Assembly (NCBI GenBank): GCA_964276515.1
Contig: OZ193909.1
Location: 1,178,001 to 1,242,000 of the forward strand
Source of the DNA: Gordius albopunctatus
Taxonomy: Eukaryota
DNA: 64,000 bases
Direction: 5' to 3'
In this document: piece after piece, positions 24,935-39,598 of the stretch
Layout of the letters: every line of letters begins with the position of its first letter
Numbering within the stretch: the stretch's first letter is position 1
Notes under the pieces: generated by a model
Seen by the model: the letters and a program-made list of their open reading frames with translations, nothing else
Databases searched by the model: none
Told to the model about the DNA's origin: nothing
Translations under genes and position numbers: made by a program

Positions 24935-27920
24935 CAGAGTTGTTAAACGCACCTCAAAAACCGGTGCGCGCACTCGCACTCGCACTTTGAGGAAAATCCG
25001 GTGCGGGCACTCGCACTCGCACCAGTTTTAACAAAGGTGCGCGCACTCGCACTCGCACCAGTATTAAAGGTGCGCGCACTCGCACCCGCACCTAAAATTT
25101 TATTGCACTATAACAAAACAAAATATAGAGCAATGTTCAATGCATAACCTTTATTTTGTCTAATGCAAAAAACTAATGAATTTATTATAATTATAAAAAT
25201 AATCGATATACAATAAAATAAAATAATCAACATAGCATTTTATTCACATTCATGAGTAAAAGCATTTCAAGGTGATTATCCGTCAAGTTACCCCTTCTTT
25301 CACTTAATATTGCCTTGGCTTTGCTGAACATACGTTCTATAGGAGCACTTGAAGGTATAGGAGTATTGTATTTGATGAACAAATTCTTGAGTGAAGGAAA
25401 TTTTTGGAATATATCCAAAGTTGTATCAGTGGATTTGAGAAAATCCTGAAAAGTTGTTTTATGTTCTTTATTATTTATTTCGAAAAAATCATCAAAGTCT
25501 TTTCGTTCATAGACTTCTTTTTCCTCCACGTCTGGCGTGATTTGACTTTCAATTAATCGAATAATTCTTTTTAATATAGGTTTGTTTTCATCTTGATAGC
25601 ACCAACTGAAATTTGTTTTAAATAAAGGGCTGAGAATTGCTGCTGCAATAACATTATCGTCATATAAATTTGGGAATCTTTTTAAATACAAAGAATAATT
25701 TAAAGTTTATTATATATATAAAACCTTCTTTCAATCCCTTGTATAATTGCATTCACTAATGGTTGGCATATATCTAAATCACACAACCTTTTTAATTTCT
25801 TTATTAGTACTGTTATTGTTGGTAGAAGATATCCTAATTCAACGGTTTTATCTCCTTCCAAAATGCGCAAAGATTTAGCTAATGGTTCCATAACCTATAA
25901 ATTAATATGTAAATTTATAAACAGCTATTATATCTGCTTAAAATGTAAAACTTACTAAAGAATACTCATGAATAAATACTCTTTCTTCTTCTTTGAACCT
26001 AGATAAGCCTATTTCATCAAACAGATCATAGAAATCTGATTTTTTGGTATCAAGCAATTTATTTAATAAATTCACAGCCTCATAATAACTATTCCACCTA
26101 GTTTTATTTGGGGTAATTAAATATATTCCAATTTTCTCTTTATATATATCAGCCAACCGAGTGGACATATTTTGCTTATTCCACAAATTTTGACATTTGT
26201 TAAATGTTGAAAGAAATATTTTTTTAAAATTGTTATTCAAAAATGCTTCCTTGATATCAACACTGGCTACCAAATTAAGACAATGACAAGCACAGCGCCC
26301 ATGTTTTGGCAAATGTTCTGATTCTTCTTCAGGACAATTACTTATTATATCATCAATATCCACACTCTCTAAATCTTCATCTTGTTCCTGAACATCAGAT
26401 TGTATTGTCTCTTCTTCATACACCCTATAACATATGCTTTATTTTTTTAAGAAAAAAATAAATATTACCTGAAGGCTTTTACAAAATTGGATCCATTGTC
26501 GGTAATGGTTTGAACAACTTTGTTGTGAATTTTGAATTGCTTATGTACATCAATGATGTTCTTAGCAATCACATCATAAGTTTGCTTTCCTTGTATCCTT
26601 TTAAGACACAATCCAATTGATTTTCTCTCTAAGTTGCTTTGATTAATCCAGTGTGCTGTTAAGCCTAAATAAGCTCTAAATAAATTAGAGTATAAAAATA
26701 TTATACTTTTTATAAATCATTACCTTCTACCAGTGCTCCAGCAGTCAGCTGTTGTACAAATAAACTCAGCACTATGCATTTCTTCTTTGATTTTAGCAAT
26801 TAACTTATTGAACCTACAAGTGATTCTAGATGTTAATGTCTGTCGACACATGACATCAACAGGAGATTTTGAGAAAGCACTTAGTAGCTTTCTAAAGGAT
26901 GGATTATCCACAATTGAAAGAGGCTGAATTGTGTTGATGACATAATTCACCAAGGCTTCTTCCCGACTTACCTCTTTAGTAAAGTTTACAATATTCTGGT
27001 TAGATTTATCTAAGACTTTCTTTTTCTTATTGTCATTTCTAAGCTTTTGTAATGTACTATTATGAAATCTCTAAATTTTTTTATAAAACAAGTAACAAGA
27101 TTACCTTTAGATGCCTAGTCAAATTGAAACAAGATCTAGAAGAAGTCTTGAGTTTGGCATTGCATAAAAGACATTGCACCTCAAAATTAAGTGTATTATG
27201 CTGATTATCTTTAAGTTTAAACATATTAGCATATTTTGGAAATGGCAAAATTGTCATGCATGATGTGCTTGCTATATTTATGCTTGATTCTTCTATTTCC
27301 ATAACTCACTATCATATTAAAGTGTTATATATAAGCAGTGAGAAAAGAAAAGAGTAAAAAATTGGATAAGGAGTTATGATAACAACACAATAAATAATAT
27401 AAATTAATAATTAAAATTAATTAACTAATTTAATATATTTTAATGAAAATTAATTGTAATTAGATCATTATATGTGATCAAACTTACGATAGCAAATATA
27501 GGTTCAAAAATCAAAAGTGTAAAGATTAATCGTTGATTGATAAAGTAAATACGTGAATAATGTGAAATTGAAATATCGCGGTTAGATTATTTTTATTGTC
27601 TATCGATAGTAACCAATTTCCCGCTTTGTTATCTTCTCCACCAGGAACATAGATGTATGTTATATATATATAGTAAATCAGTAGAAATTTAATTTGTGAA
27701 ATATGCGATATAATACAATTTCGAATAAATTAATAAATTGTAAAACTCTTAATGTGCGCAAAACAGGAGCGCAATTGCGCACCCGCACCGACTTAATCAG
27801 GTGCGCGCACCCGCACTCGCTCTTCGTTATAAAAAAGTGCGCGCACCAGCACGTCGCACCGCAAATCCGGTGCGCGCACCCGGTGCGCGCTCTTGATGTG
27901 CGCGCTCCTTAACAACTCTG
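24935..27920 (-). mobile_element. Complete hAT (Ac-like) DNA transposon, 2986 bp
   Basis: TIRs cagagttgttaa / ttaacaactctg; perfect 8-bp TSD aattaacc (24927-24934, 27921-27928); gtgcgcgcac subterminal repeats at both ends. Confidence 0.95.
25227..27302 (-). CDS. hAT transposase, 6 exons, predicted 613 aa, apparently intact
   Basis: Exons 27302-27105, 27070-26724, 26675-26469, 26424-25956, 25894-25725, 25677-25227 (1842 nt, phases consistent, GT-AG). BED finger CLLC..HLKRFH, TADCWS, TDNGSN, CACH, TRWNS, PSSAPIERMFS. Confidence 0.9.
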
Positions 27921-29158
27921 AATTAACCCCAACAAGACTAACTTACTATCTATTAACATAACCTCCCAAAATACTACATTGTCTATTAGCAACACTTTAA
28001 TCCCTTTTTCAGATTCAATAAACTACTTAGGAGTTCTTCTTTCTCTAGACAAATACTCCCACCAAGATGCCTCTAATAAATTATCTAAAGGTCTAAAGAG
28101 TTTTTATTCATGCTATTCAATCTGGAAATCCAACGAATTGGCTCTACCGACCCGCCTTCGGCTGTTCAAAACCACCATATTGCCTATATTTCTCTATGGA
28201 TGCGAAACATGGTCCCTAAAAGGTTCGACCATAAAAGCGGACTAAACTAAACTAAATAAAATGCTCAGAATAATTTGTAAAATATTCTACCCTGAGGTAA
28301 TTAGCAATCCAAACCTCTGGACCCTTTGCGAAATCCCTCCCATAAAAAACATAATTATATCACGGAAATGGAACTTCCTAGCCCACCAGACCAGACGCAA
28401 TGGACTCAACATTTGCTTAAGAGCAATTCTATGGAGACCCCCCTCAACTAAAAAAACTAAAATGCCGAGGTTCCTGGATCCACAAAACTTTTTTGGAACT
28501 CCGCTCTCTTAACCACGAATGGAATACTATAATCCCCATAATGAAAAACAGATCCGCTTGGAAAGCCTTTTCTGCCTCCAATTTCCCTTCAAAATATCCC
28601 CTCCCAATCGCCTCAACTTCGAGCTGTCTCTGAAGCCTACAACATCCAAAATAAATGATCAGATCTATCCCTGAGACAGAGGGCCACCCATAAACTAGCT
28701 AACCACGGATAGATACTTTCTTTCCACACCATCTAACCATAAACACGAATCTGACGCACAAACTAGCAAGCAATGGAAAGCCTGCAAGTCCTCTTGCCAA
28801 AATAAGGAATGGTGGTATCTTATATTTATATGTTTATACTATTATACTTTTACTATTAGCTTGCACGGTCTACTTTTACTTTATTGCTTCCGGCTACTAA
28901 AAATACTGATCTTCGCTTTAAGATACTAACACACTAACCACTAACCTACTAACAACTGAACACGTAACCTCTGGTTAGCGTGGCCCGAGATGCACCTATG
29001 GTGTCAGATGGGACTCAATCTTAGCTTGCCGATTTAGCTAAGCTCTTGTTTGTCATCGGGGCTTATACATACATACATACATACATACCCTAGATATTAC
29101 CATATGTTACTTGTGACATTTTGTATCAAATTGGCATTTAATTTTTCATACAACTAGA

Positions 29159-31298
29159 ATGGTAAATACCAATTTATATACCTCAATTTATTTAGTTCAG
29201 CTTTAATCTTTTCCCCGATTTCAATAATGGAACTTTCAAAACACAATATAAATGCTTCTCTGTATCAATGCTCCCAGGAAACGAAAGAGTGGATGTTGAA
29301 AGGGGTGGAAAAAGTAATTACGTTGTTCCTCTAAGTATGTTTTTATTTAGTTATTATGCCGCCATCGGCTTTAAATCAGCTAAGTAAGCTATAATATTTT
29401 ATTTTAGTTATTGTTACTAATAGCCCGTTTAAACATTGAATATCCTATGCTATTTAAGCTAACCAACCCTAAGACTAACAGAACAACCCATTGTGGTGTT
29501 CTTGAATTTGTTGCAGATGAAGGAAAAATTTATATACCATATTGGGTATTATTTATGATTGTTTGTATTATATATTTAAAGTTTTAGTTAATACAAATAT
29601 TTGTTATTAGATGATGAGGAACATATTACTTGAAGAGGGTGGAATAGCACAAGTTGAAAGTGTGTCATTACCTATTGCTACTTTTTCAAAATTTCAACCT
29701 CAAACTATAGATTTTCTTGATATTACTAATCATAAGGCATTGTAAGTTTTTTAAAAAATATTTTAATGTTATTATATGAATTTAAGTATTATGTAATTAA
29801 TTAATTTAAAACCCTAAATTATATTCTTCTTAATTATTGTTTGTTTAACCTAAAATTCATGTTTAAAATTTCTTATAATAAATCAAATAAAGTTCTGAAA
29901 TCTACTGTAAAGTTAATAGTATTGTGCATGAGAGAGACCTAAAATTTTTATTTATTATGATTTAATAATATAACTAATTCAGACAATACATTTAGTTGAT
30001 TAAAATTTTGGCTAAAATGCTATAACCTCAATCATTTTACACATGTTTTTCATCCATGAAAAACATCGAATATGAGGGTAGAAATCTTCTAAAACATTTT
30101 ACACATATTTGGATAAATGGTTTCTTTTAATATATATACTAATTTATTGCTCAGATTAGAAAATGCTCTGAGAAATTTTGCCTGCCTCAGTACTGGTGAT
30201 ATAATAGCTATAGAATATAATGACCAGGTTATTGTTAATCTGATAGATTTTATGTAAATCATAGATTTATGAACTATGTGTGTTGGAAACTAAACCAGGC
30301 AAAGCTGTCTCAATAATTGAATGTGACATGAATGTATGCTTTAATATTTTTTGAAATTTTATAATTCCTATTTGTTATATAAAAACATATTTTATCTTGT
30401 ATTTAAGGTTGAATTTGCAGCACCTGTTGGGTATAAAGAAGATGAGAAAATGGAGGATGAACATCTTGATAGAGAGTCACCAGAATCAGACCCTACAACA
30501 GTTACATTTAACATGATTTGATTTAAATTTGTTTAATAGAAAGCCATGGAATACATTGATAAGAGCAAGTTTGTGGTAAACATCTACATGCAATAAAATT
30601 TAATTTATCTTTCTAAAATATGTATAATACCTTAAAGGTTTATAATTAAATTTAGGCTTTTGCAGGTCAAGGGAATCGTATTGATGGTAAAAATCATAAA
30701 ATTGATCCTTTAGCCAAGCCTTTGCTTCAACCACATCAGATTGTCAGGTTAGTTCCATCTAAGTTCAAGTTTATTAGCTAATAAGCAAAATTTATTTAAG
30801 CCATTATTTGTATTTGCTGATCAATTTTATTGTATTACTTTGTTTATAAAAAAATTCATCTATCCTTCCTCTAAATATATGAAGGACAATAAGAGCTTTC
30901 ACATTGTTAATACCATAATATTATTGGTTTTTTGATTGATATGAACCACAATTTTATTTTATTTTTAATTACTCTGGACATTTTTACTTTTATCTTTTCA
31001 TCATCCCTACTCGATAATCCTTCACAAAATATTATCAAAATCTGTTTTAGCAAATGTTTCATATATTTATAACAAAAAAATTATTCAAACATTATTAATC
31101 AACAACCTAAATACCTTAATATTTTTAAGTTTTGTTTAAAAATTGATTAATGTATGTTTTATATACTTCTTACTGAGTAATCATTTTAATACATGTATAT
31201 TTTTACTCAACAGGGGCATACCTGATTACGAGTTTGATATATATCACCTCACATTTTTTCGCGGTTCAACCAAAAAAGCAGACGACTCACTGTCTAAC
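29159..31298 (+). CDS. UFD1: Ubiquitin fusion degradation protein 1 (last exon not identified)
   Basis: Exons 29159-29161, 29196-29313, 29351-29383, 29424-29545, 29611-29741, 30155-30227, 30265-30333, 30408-30500, 30540-30575, 30656-30747, 31214-31298. Translate to [72 protein letters not shown]. Confidence 0.95.
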
Positions 31299-33289
31299 GT
31301 AAGTTCACAAAAAATTGAATAAAATTTTGATTTATACTCAACTCCTCTACTGTAAAATTCATCTAATGCTCAAAAATTATAATTTAAGGATTATTATATA
31401 AGTATATCTATTATATATAACAATATAAAATATTGTAAATGCATATTAAATTATTATAAAGCATTTAATCTAACCTATGAAAGAAAATATATAGGCAGCA
31501 ATAAAAAATTTGAAATTCATATATATATATACAACAATGGAATATATATACAACAATAAAAAGTTAATATATGCTTAATAAATGTTTTTGCAACCTTATA
31601 AAGCGTTTATAACAGGAATAAATATAAAATTTGAACTACATTTTGATTGGTTGTAGATTCTTTGAGCGATAGACCAGTTGAGCAGATGCGAAAACTTTTA
31701 ATAAAATACATGTACAGGTCCACCTTAAAAATTTTAAAGTTTTTTGAAATTTATATCAAATTTTTATTTGATAGGTTTAAAATAATTATTAATATTAGAA
31801 ATCACTGGTTTTACTTTTAGATAGTAGATTTAATTATTGATTCAAAATCATAAATAACCACAGTAAATCATAAACAGTATGCATTTTTGAAATAGATATA
31901 TGTTGTGTATAAATTTAAAATAAGATCTTCCATTTTTTAAAGTTTATTCTAACGAAAACCAACATAGACAACAGACTGCTTAACCTTTCTTTATATATTC
32001 TAGCATCAAATAGGTCGCAAAAAAGGAGCATTGATGTGGATTATATTATTATTTATATGTGGGTAATAACTCATATTACACTATTTTTTGCTGATTCAAA
32101 AAGCTCAAGAAAATAATATCTTAAATGGGTGGGCGTCGGGGGGGGGGTTATTTTATCGAAATTCTAATATATGGAATAGTCGTAAACATTTTATAAGCAT
32201 TTTCTACAGTTTATTAGTATAATACAGACCCTGACCGACGGTGTTCAAATCAGAAACACTACGCTGATATAAAAATATAACTCTTTATATAGATTTCAAC
32301 GTTAAAAATTTAATTTATATACAAATTTATGTTTGTTAGAGTAATATACCACCACCCTTTCAACCATTTGCGACTGAAGGCAAACCGCTAAGAACGAGAA
32401 AGGCGAAATGATACAATTTTTTGTCATATTTCTGTAATATCTTAGCTTATATTCTGTCATCGTTAATGGGATGATCTTGTTATTCAATATATAAATTTAT
32501 GTGATCATATAGCGATTATACGTTTCTTTTTGAATTAATATATAATGGTAAAATATTTATGATGTTTTTAATGTTGCTTATGCACACATCTACTAATTTA
32601 TAAAACATGAAATGGAATGGCATATATATTAAACCATCAGTTTTAAAAAAACTAGTTGATATTTAAGTAATCTTTGTTGTTAATATTAAAATTAATAAAC
32701 TTTATTTCCATCGTTTCTACAGGGTTTTTAACTGGAAAATTGTTTGGGGGGGTTAGGTAGAATATAAGCAAATTTATATTAAAAAAATATGGGCAAATGG
32801 GTACTTGTAAGCTAGCCTAAATCAATAATGTCTGTTTTATAGATAGTTGATAAATTTGATTATAATTATTTCAGCAAAGATCATTAGAATAGCCAAACCT
32901 AATGTATAAAAAAGAAACGTGAAGGATCAAAAATGTGCAACCTAATGCTTTTATTATGTGTTTTAATTTGAAGAAAAAAATGAGGAAATTTTAACAAAAA
33001 GTATGATGATAAAATTAGGCAAAGTATGACAGCCCTCTAATTGCAAAATGGTTGAAATTTCATAATTTAAGGTGTGCTTTTCTTATTGAAAAAGTGAAGT
33101 TTAGTTACCTTGAGAATGTTATTAATATAAGCCAAAGTGTTTTTAATTTGTGCTTAGAATCTAATAGATAGTTAAATATCTTCCCGAAAATAATATATTA
33201 TATTTTATATAGTCATATAACTTCAAATTTTATAAATTATTACCCTTTTGAAACTAATTTTTGTAAAATTTAGCGATGGTAGCCCGAAA

Positions 33290-33830
33290 AGTCGATGATG
33301 TTAGAGAATACGTCCCTTCTAGGGTACAGTGTGATGGGTGTGTTGAGAACGAAATAAAGGCAGGCTGGCTAAAATTCAGTCTGTCCTATGTGACAAGCAC
33401 ATGCCACTCAAATTGAAAGAAGGACGGTTATATAACACCGTTATTGTAGCCACGGTATTTTATGGGGGCAAAAGAGGAACAAAGCTTGGCTACAATGCAG
33501 ATGCGAATGTTGAGATGGATCTTGGGAATAGGCAAAAGGACCATATAAGGAATCAAGACATAAGGGAAACTAAATGTTGTTCCGATTCAGAGAAAGTTGG
33601 TGGTAGTTGCAGAGAAGGGAGGAAAGCCACGTGGCAAAACGTATCAAGAAGGTGCAAATCGAAGGTAAGCGAAAGAGAGAGAGGCCGCCTAAACTGAAAT
33701 GGAAACATAAAATAGATATGGACTTGAGAAGGCACGAGCTAAAGCGAAGCTGGTGTAAGTGCAGGAATACGTGGAGAACCTACTCGAAGGAGCTGACCAC
33801 TAAGTGTGACAAACGGATATGGGGGAAAAA
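33290..33830 (+). pseudogene. RTE LINE 3' fragment, decayed
   Basis: MPLKLK.R.Y.T.....YG and IEGKRKR.RP..KW motifs, similar to 60511-61158. Confidence 0.7.
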
Positions 33831-34744
33831 ATAGCATCCTGAATTTCTGGAAAAATTTATGCGTTCCTTGACAGCAAGGGTGTTCGCCAGGAAGGGCATT
33901 TGCCCCCTGTCCATAACAAAATTTAAGCTTAAATTGCACGAAAATCACTATAATACACTTTTCTAAATAGTTATTAAAACTTTAGGAGAGGTATTATATT
34001 GATTAATTATTTCTAATTGTGCTTAATTTAGGAGGGTCGTGCTCCCACCTGGTTAAGCCCTCGCTTAGAAATGCTCAAGTTTATAAAGAACGTTTTGAGA
34101 TGGCGGACACTAAAATCTAAGCATCAGAAGGCCAAGCTAGCATCATTTAAACCATATAAAGAGAAATGATTTGATTTAATTAGACTTTGCTTAGGAATAT
34201 GTAATTATTACTACCTATAATTTTTGCCTTGTACATTTTTCCTTTACATTACTGTTTCAAATTAAGAACCAACTGCAAATTGGCCTAATATAAGACAAGG
34301 ATGTATACAGGGGCCTATCAAGCATTAGAATCAGAGGAGGGCAATAAAGATTTTTTTGGGGGGGGCAGGGGGAAATGATCCTTTTTTTGAGAAATTTTAC
34401 CCATAATCTTAATAAATTGCAACAATTTTTGGATAAAAGCCCGTTGAAAAATAGTTCAGGTTTTTATTATACTAGCAATATAATGTGTAAAAACAAAGAT
34501 GTGTTGAGCTGTTTTTTTTTATATATTTTTAATTGATGGTCTAATTGAGAATGAAAATACAATAAAATTTCCTTCTTTATTCATTCATTTACAAAAATAC
34601 AGCGCAATTCAAATTGATAAGCTTCCATCAGCCATTATATACAAAATAAATACATTAAGTTAATAAAATTTTGGATAAGACATTACATTAAAAATTATCA
34701 TCTAATCGACTCGACCGCTTCTCACTAAATTTTTATTCCTATCG

Positions 34745-35048
34745 TCTCATCGTGCTCAGGGACATTTGGGAAGAGCGCTTTAATTTTTTTAAAGAACTCA
34801 ATAAACGCTCGCCCCCTTGTAAAATATCGAATAGTTTTTTACTACGACAATCAATTGCCATCGCGATCGCTAAATCTAATTTTTATTCTTTGATGGATTC
34901 AATGCCCATTCTCAAAGATGAAGAAACGGATATTGAGTTTTAATCATTTTTTTATATAAATGTTTTCGTTCTTGTATCTTTTTATTAATTCCACTCAATA
35001 TTTAATACTTTTTATTTAATAAAGCATGTCAATTTAAATAAAAAAAAA
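34745..35048 (+). mobile_element. 5'-truncated 3' end of a CRE-like element
   Basis: LLRQSIAIAIAKSNFYSLMDSMP resembles LLKQKIGILIAKYNFKSMADSLP at ~11990-12060; followed by 3' UTR, AATAAA and poly(A). Confidence 0.7.
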
Positions 35049-35780
35049 CTTATTTATATGAATATTTGACAATTTTAATTTATTGATTGTTTAATATATA
35101 GTACATAACATATTAGCATGTCTGAAAAATTAATAACATCCGACAAAAGAGCCTATAATAAATAATTTCAAAATTAAATTGAATTTTGATATACTCCTGG
35201 TTGAAAATGAGAAGCAAGTAAAAGAGTTGTGTATATTTCTCTCCGGTTAATAAAATCTAATGACGCATAGCAGTACTACAAAAGGTTATGAAATATAAAT
35301 TTTTTTAAAGTTTATTAATATATGGCTAATTATAATACAGTAAAATGTGATACAAATTTAGTATATTAAAAAAACTCTATAAAAAGGTTTTTGTATTAAA
35401 AAATCTTTTTTTATTCATTTTTTTGCCCCGCCCACTAATTAAAATTAAAACTATTTCGCCCCTCCCCCCCCCCTCTGTAATCCAAAACCTGACTACGACC
35501 ATGATTTAACAAATACTGAAATTTAAGAGCACACAAATTGAATTCTTACAATATAAACTTAGCTTAATATTTAATCTTATTAATATTAATTCTTAATAAA
35601 AATATGTATCACTCAATGAAAATTTAATCTATTGCAATAATATTAAATCCTGGCAACGATGATATATTTTTATAATTTCTTTTTAAAACTAGAAATCACA
35701 AAACATTTGAATAAAAATTTTCAAAAACTTTTGGTGTCTGTTATACTTATATATATGTAATTTAATATCACATTTGTATA

Positions 35781-35852
35781 AGCAGAGTGGCGCAGTGGAA
35801 GCGTGCTGGGCCCATAACCCAGAGGTCGGTAGATCGAAACTACTCTCTGCTA
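35781..35852 (+). tRNA. Initiator tRNA-Met (CAT)
   Basis: agcagagtggcgcagtggaagcgtgctgggccCATaacccagagg...gatcgaaac...ctctgcta. A1-U72 pair, three GC pairs in the anticodon stem, AUCG T-loop; oligo-T Pol III terminator just downstream. Confidence 0.97.
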
Positions 35853-38800
35853 ATATTTTTTTTTTTTCATATAATATATATTTTTTAATTTTACTACTGG
35901 AGGTTTATTTCCAAATCATTTTATATAATACATGCTTATAGATATTTTTTGATGGGTAAAAGTTTATTTTCACGAAAACAAATTTATATATAAGTATAAA
36001 AAACTTATCTTATTAATTTGAGATTTAATTTTAGATGAAATTTACCAATTTTTAGACTATTATTACGAAAATTTTCTGTCCCTCTCGTGTCTATGAAATA
36101 TGAAAAGAAATTAAGGAGCCATGTATCGAAATTGTATTGGATTTCACAATTTTTCATCCTGATTTTTTGCTTAGTATGGAAAAAAATTATATTAAATTTT
36201 GATATTTGTTTAAGGAATCGGCCACCCTCGGGACGACCTAAATTGCCGAGGGTTAAGATCACTACTACGCGATCATAAAATTGTTGATCACCTGCGTTTT
36301 TAGATGATTTACTCATTAATTAATTAATTATAATATCACAATAAATGTTTAGAAGGGTTCGGGCAGGCAGATTAATTATAAAATCGGACCGGGCAGGGTT
36401 CTAGCAGAAAAGTTCTAACAAATCTAACCTCTGCTCTTAAACTATTTGCTATATCCATACTCTTTTGAATTATTTTTGTCACATGAACTATTTTAAGTAT
36501 CAATATTGCTTGAATATATCTTTAAAATGTGCTGATAACTGGTTAAATTCTTAATTACTTTCTATTTTTTATCAATTTTTGGCGAATTTACTAGTAATTA
36601 TATCAATAAATCCTTCTATCTCTGGTGGTAAAAATAGGTTAAACGTGTTGAAAATATTAAATCATATCGAGAAAATTAAAATATAAATAACTAAAATTTT
36701 CAAACTTTGCACGCATTTTAATTTAGTTTTGTTGCTCTATTAAGGTCCTCCTTTAGTCTATTCTTTAAAATTTAAAGCCCAGAACGAATATCGGATCCTA
36801 AATTTTTCGACCAGACCATGTGAATCGATCCGAAAACGCTTTTTTAAACCCAGACTCGAACCCAATAGGTTGAAGTCAATCCAATCGTAAGGGATCAATT
36901 CAAATGATATTTAAATGGAAGGAAGCATGGGCATACTTTAAATCCAAAAAATTTTCTGAAATTTATTAAAATTATGTTATGGCTAAAATTTCAAAAAATG
37001 ATCATTTTGCTAATCTCTTTGCCCTCTTTGCCCCCCCTATTAATTGCTATGCAATTTATTTCTATAAAGTGGTGTTTTAGATTTTAGTTAACTTTTTTGC
37101 ACGAGTTCCAACAAAGAGGAAATATGATAATAATATTGACGACCTTGGGAAAGAGGCAAAAATTTTTTATGCACAACACAAAAAAGGTTCTGGGATATAA
37201 AAATCGGCAATAATTAATATAAAATAAACAACTGTGCCACTAAGTTAAAACATTTCCCATCAAACATTGCATAGTGGATTCAAACTAAATAATTATCCTT
37301 GGTTTTTTAATCATATTCTTCGACCTTTGGCTATAAACTATTTTTGATTCCTAGATATCTTGAGACTCATAATCAAGATTGGAAAAGCGTGAAAGAAGGG
37401 GGGGGCAAAGGGACCTTTTTTTTGAAATTTAGCGATTTCTTTTTGTTTAACGGCTAAAAAAAGGGTTTAAATCTTTGAATTAGATCTCACGGCACCGAGT
37501 AGTCATGAATTTGGTCACCTTCGTCAAATCCTATTTCAATTCTGTGGTAAATAATTTATGACAATTAATCCATGTGACTTAAATTAACTCCATCATTACC
37601 TTATCCAAGTCCAGCCATTAATATTTATTTTTTTGAATTTAAATTTTTTTTTTGAATTTTTAAAGCGTGCGAATATATTTTTTTATTTTTTAGAAATTTT
37701 TTGAATTAAATAGTTATTTATACATTTTATTGCTTTTTTGGAATGAATTTTAAGTATTTTATATTATTGATAGTATCGTCAAATTTTACATGAATTTTTA
37801 AAATTTTTAATATTTTTAATTATATGTTAACATTGTTTAAAATATATTTTTTTTAATCTTTATATTTAAATTTTTTAAATGTTTTACTCTTCATTTTGAT
37901 TAAATTTAACATATAAATTTTAAGTAAGCCCTATAATATAATTCATTTATTTATAACGTTTAATTTATTTAATTTAGCAACTTCTACCAATTTAGATTGA
38001 AAATTACTTACAAAATTATTTTATTGTCATTAAAATTAATAAAATGTATTTTACATTGTTAATCAATTTTATAAAAGTTTTACAATTTATTCTAAAAATT
38101 ACATTTATTGTTCTTAATCCTTCAAATTCTATTTTAAAAATGTAAACAATTCAAATTTTAATTTAAAAAAAATAATGATAGAATTAATAATTTTAAACAT
38201 ATTTTTTCAAAAAATCTTAATTTCACTCTACTTTTTTGTCAAAATCCATAGGTTCCAAAGTGGTTGCCCTTTCCCTATCTATATAAATATTTTCAATATT
38301 TTAGTAAAATTTATAATAATCATAAAAAACATTTAATATTACTATAAAAATTAATCTTAGTGGTTTGTTGAACTAAAACATTATTAAGTTGAATTATTCC
38401 CTTATTTGATCAATGATATAAATTTGGAGATTTCCTCCTCCTCCCCCCAAAAAAAAAATGTACAAATTTTAAATGTAAAAAAGTAGCATTTTTAAAAAAG
38501 ATCCAAAATACAGGTCAAAACTGAATATTTACAACAGTTGTGTTCATGATCGAAGCCAGCATTCGGATTAGAGGAGTGCGATAATCAATTAGGAAAGGGC
38601 AAAATGATCATTTTTTTGAAATTTTAGCCATATTTTTAATAAATTCTAACAAATTTTTGGATTTAGAGAGGGGCAACCGCCTTTTCCTGCCCCCCCCCCC
38701 TGGTTAGGCCCCCCTTGCTTTTGATAGGGACAAAGTATAATAACTATGTAACATTATAAATATTAATATTTCAAACTAAAAATGGCAAAAAAAGTATTAA

Positions 38801-39598
38801 TTTCCATTTTTTGTTCCGGGTTTACAAATAGTTATGTCATGCCAAAATTTAAATCAAAAATATACTTTTTTGTTGTTGTAATTATTTTAAAACTTTTCAG
38901 AAATAATTGAAGCAAAGAGGCAATTTACAATACCAGCGCGATATTACAACTAAAATTTTAATATTTAAAACTTCATTTTAATCTTATTAATTGATCAATA
39001 CAATTTTCTCATTGCGAATCTGCCCTAGACTAACATCTAAAGTTGAATTAACAGCAACCGAGGGAATTTAGCTGGCGTTTGCTGCTGATTTAATCGATAT
39101 CTTTATTACACAGCAGAAGGGGGGGATGAGAACCTCCCTTCTAATGTGCAGAAAATTTCTAAGGAACTCTCAACAAAACTTCGCGAGTTGAAAATTCTCT
39201 GTTTTATCATAAATTTTCCTTAATGCTCTCTCACCGTAGTAGAGCTTATCTAACAGATTTTCCAATATCTTTCTCCTCCGATTCCGATTCCTCCAGAAAA
39301 TTTCTATTGGCACGCTTATAAGGCAACAGCAGTCACAGAGAGTTTTTATAGAAGAAGAAACATAAAAAACGGTTGAGTTTCTAAGCCTTTCCTCCCCCTT
39401 TATTTTATTCGTTCTTTAAAGGTAATTTGTTGTGTGTGTGTGTTTAAGGTAAAATATTTCTTGTTAAATAAACAATTTTTGCATTAAAAGCCCCAGGAAA
39501 TTTTTGGCCCTAAGGAATTGACTTATCCATTAGTTATTGCTAATTGATTATTTCCGATATCTTTTCCCTTACCCCCTTCCAACTGATCAAACCTCAAT

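Larger units (their letters stand above)
22498..29087 (+). mobile_element. RTE-like LINE (APE endonuclease + RT), near full length, interrupted by a hAT transposon
   Basis: APE motifs GDFNA, QIDH, TDH; RT motifs NYRGI, QAGFR, GVRQGCPLSP, LFADD. Resumes at 27929 with YLG and LYGCETW. (TACA)n tail 29066-29087; 14-bp TSD ccctagatattacc at 22484-22497 and 29088-29101. Frameshift near 23045 and a stop near 28245. Confidence 0.92.

Noticed and set aside
31299..33030. Candidate final UFD1 exon
   Set aside because: Several AG sites inspected; none gave a convincing FxGxG-type C-terminus, so left unannotated.
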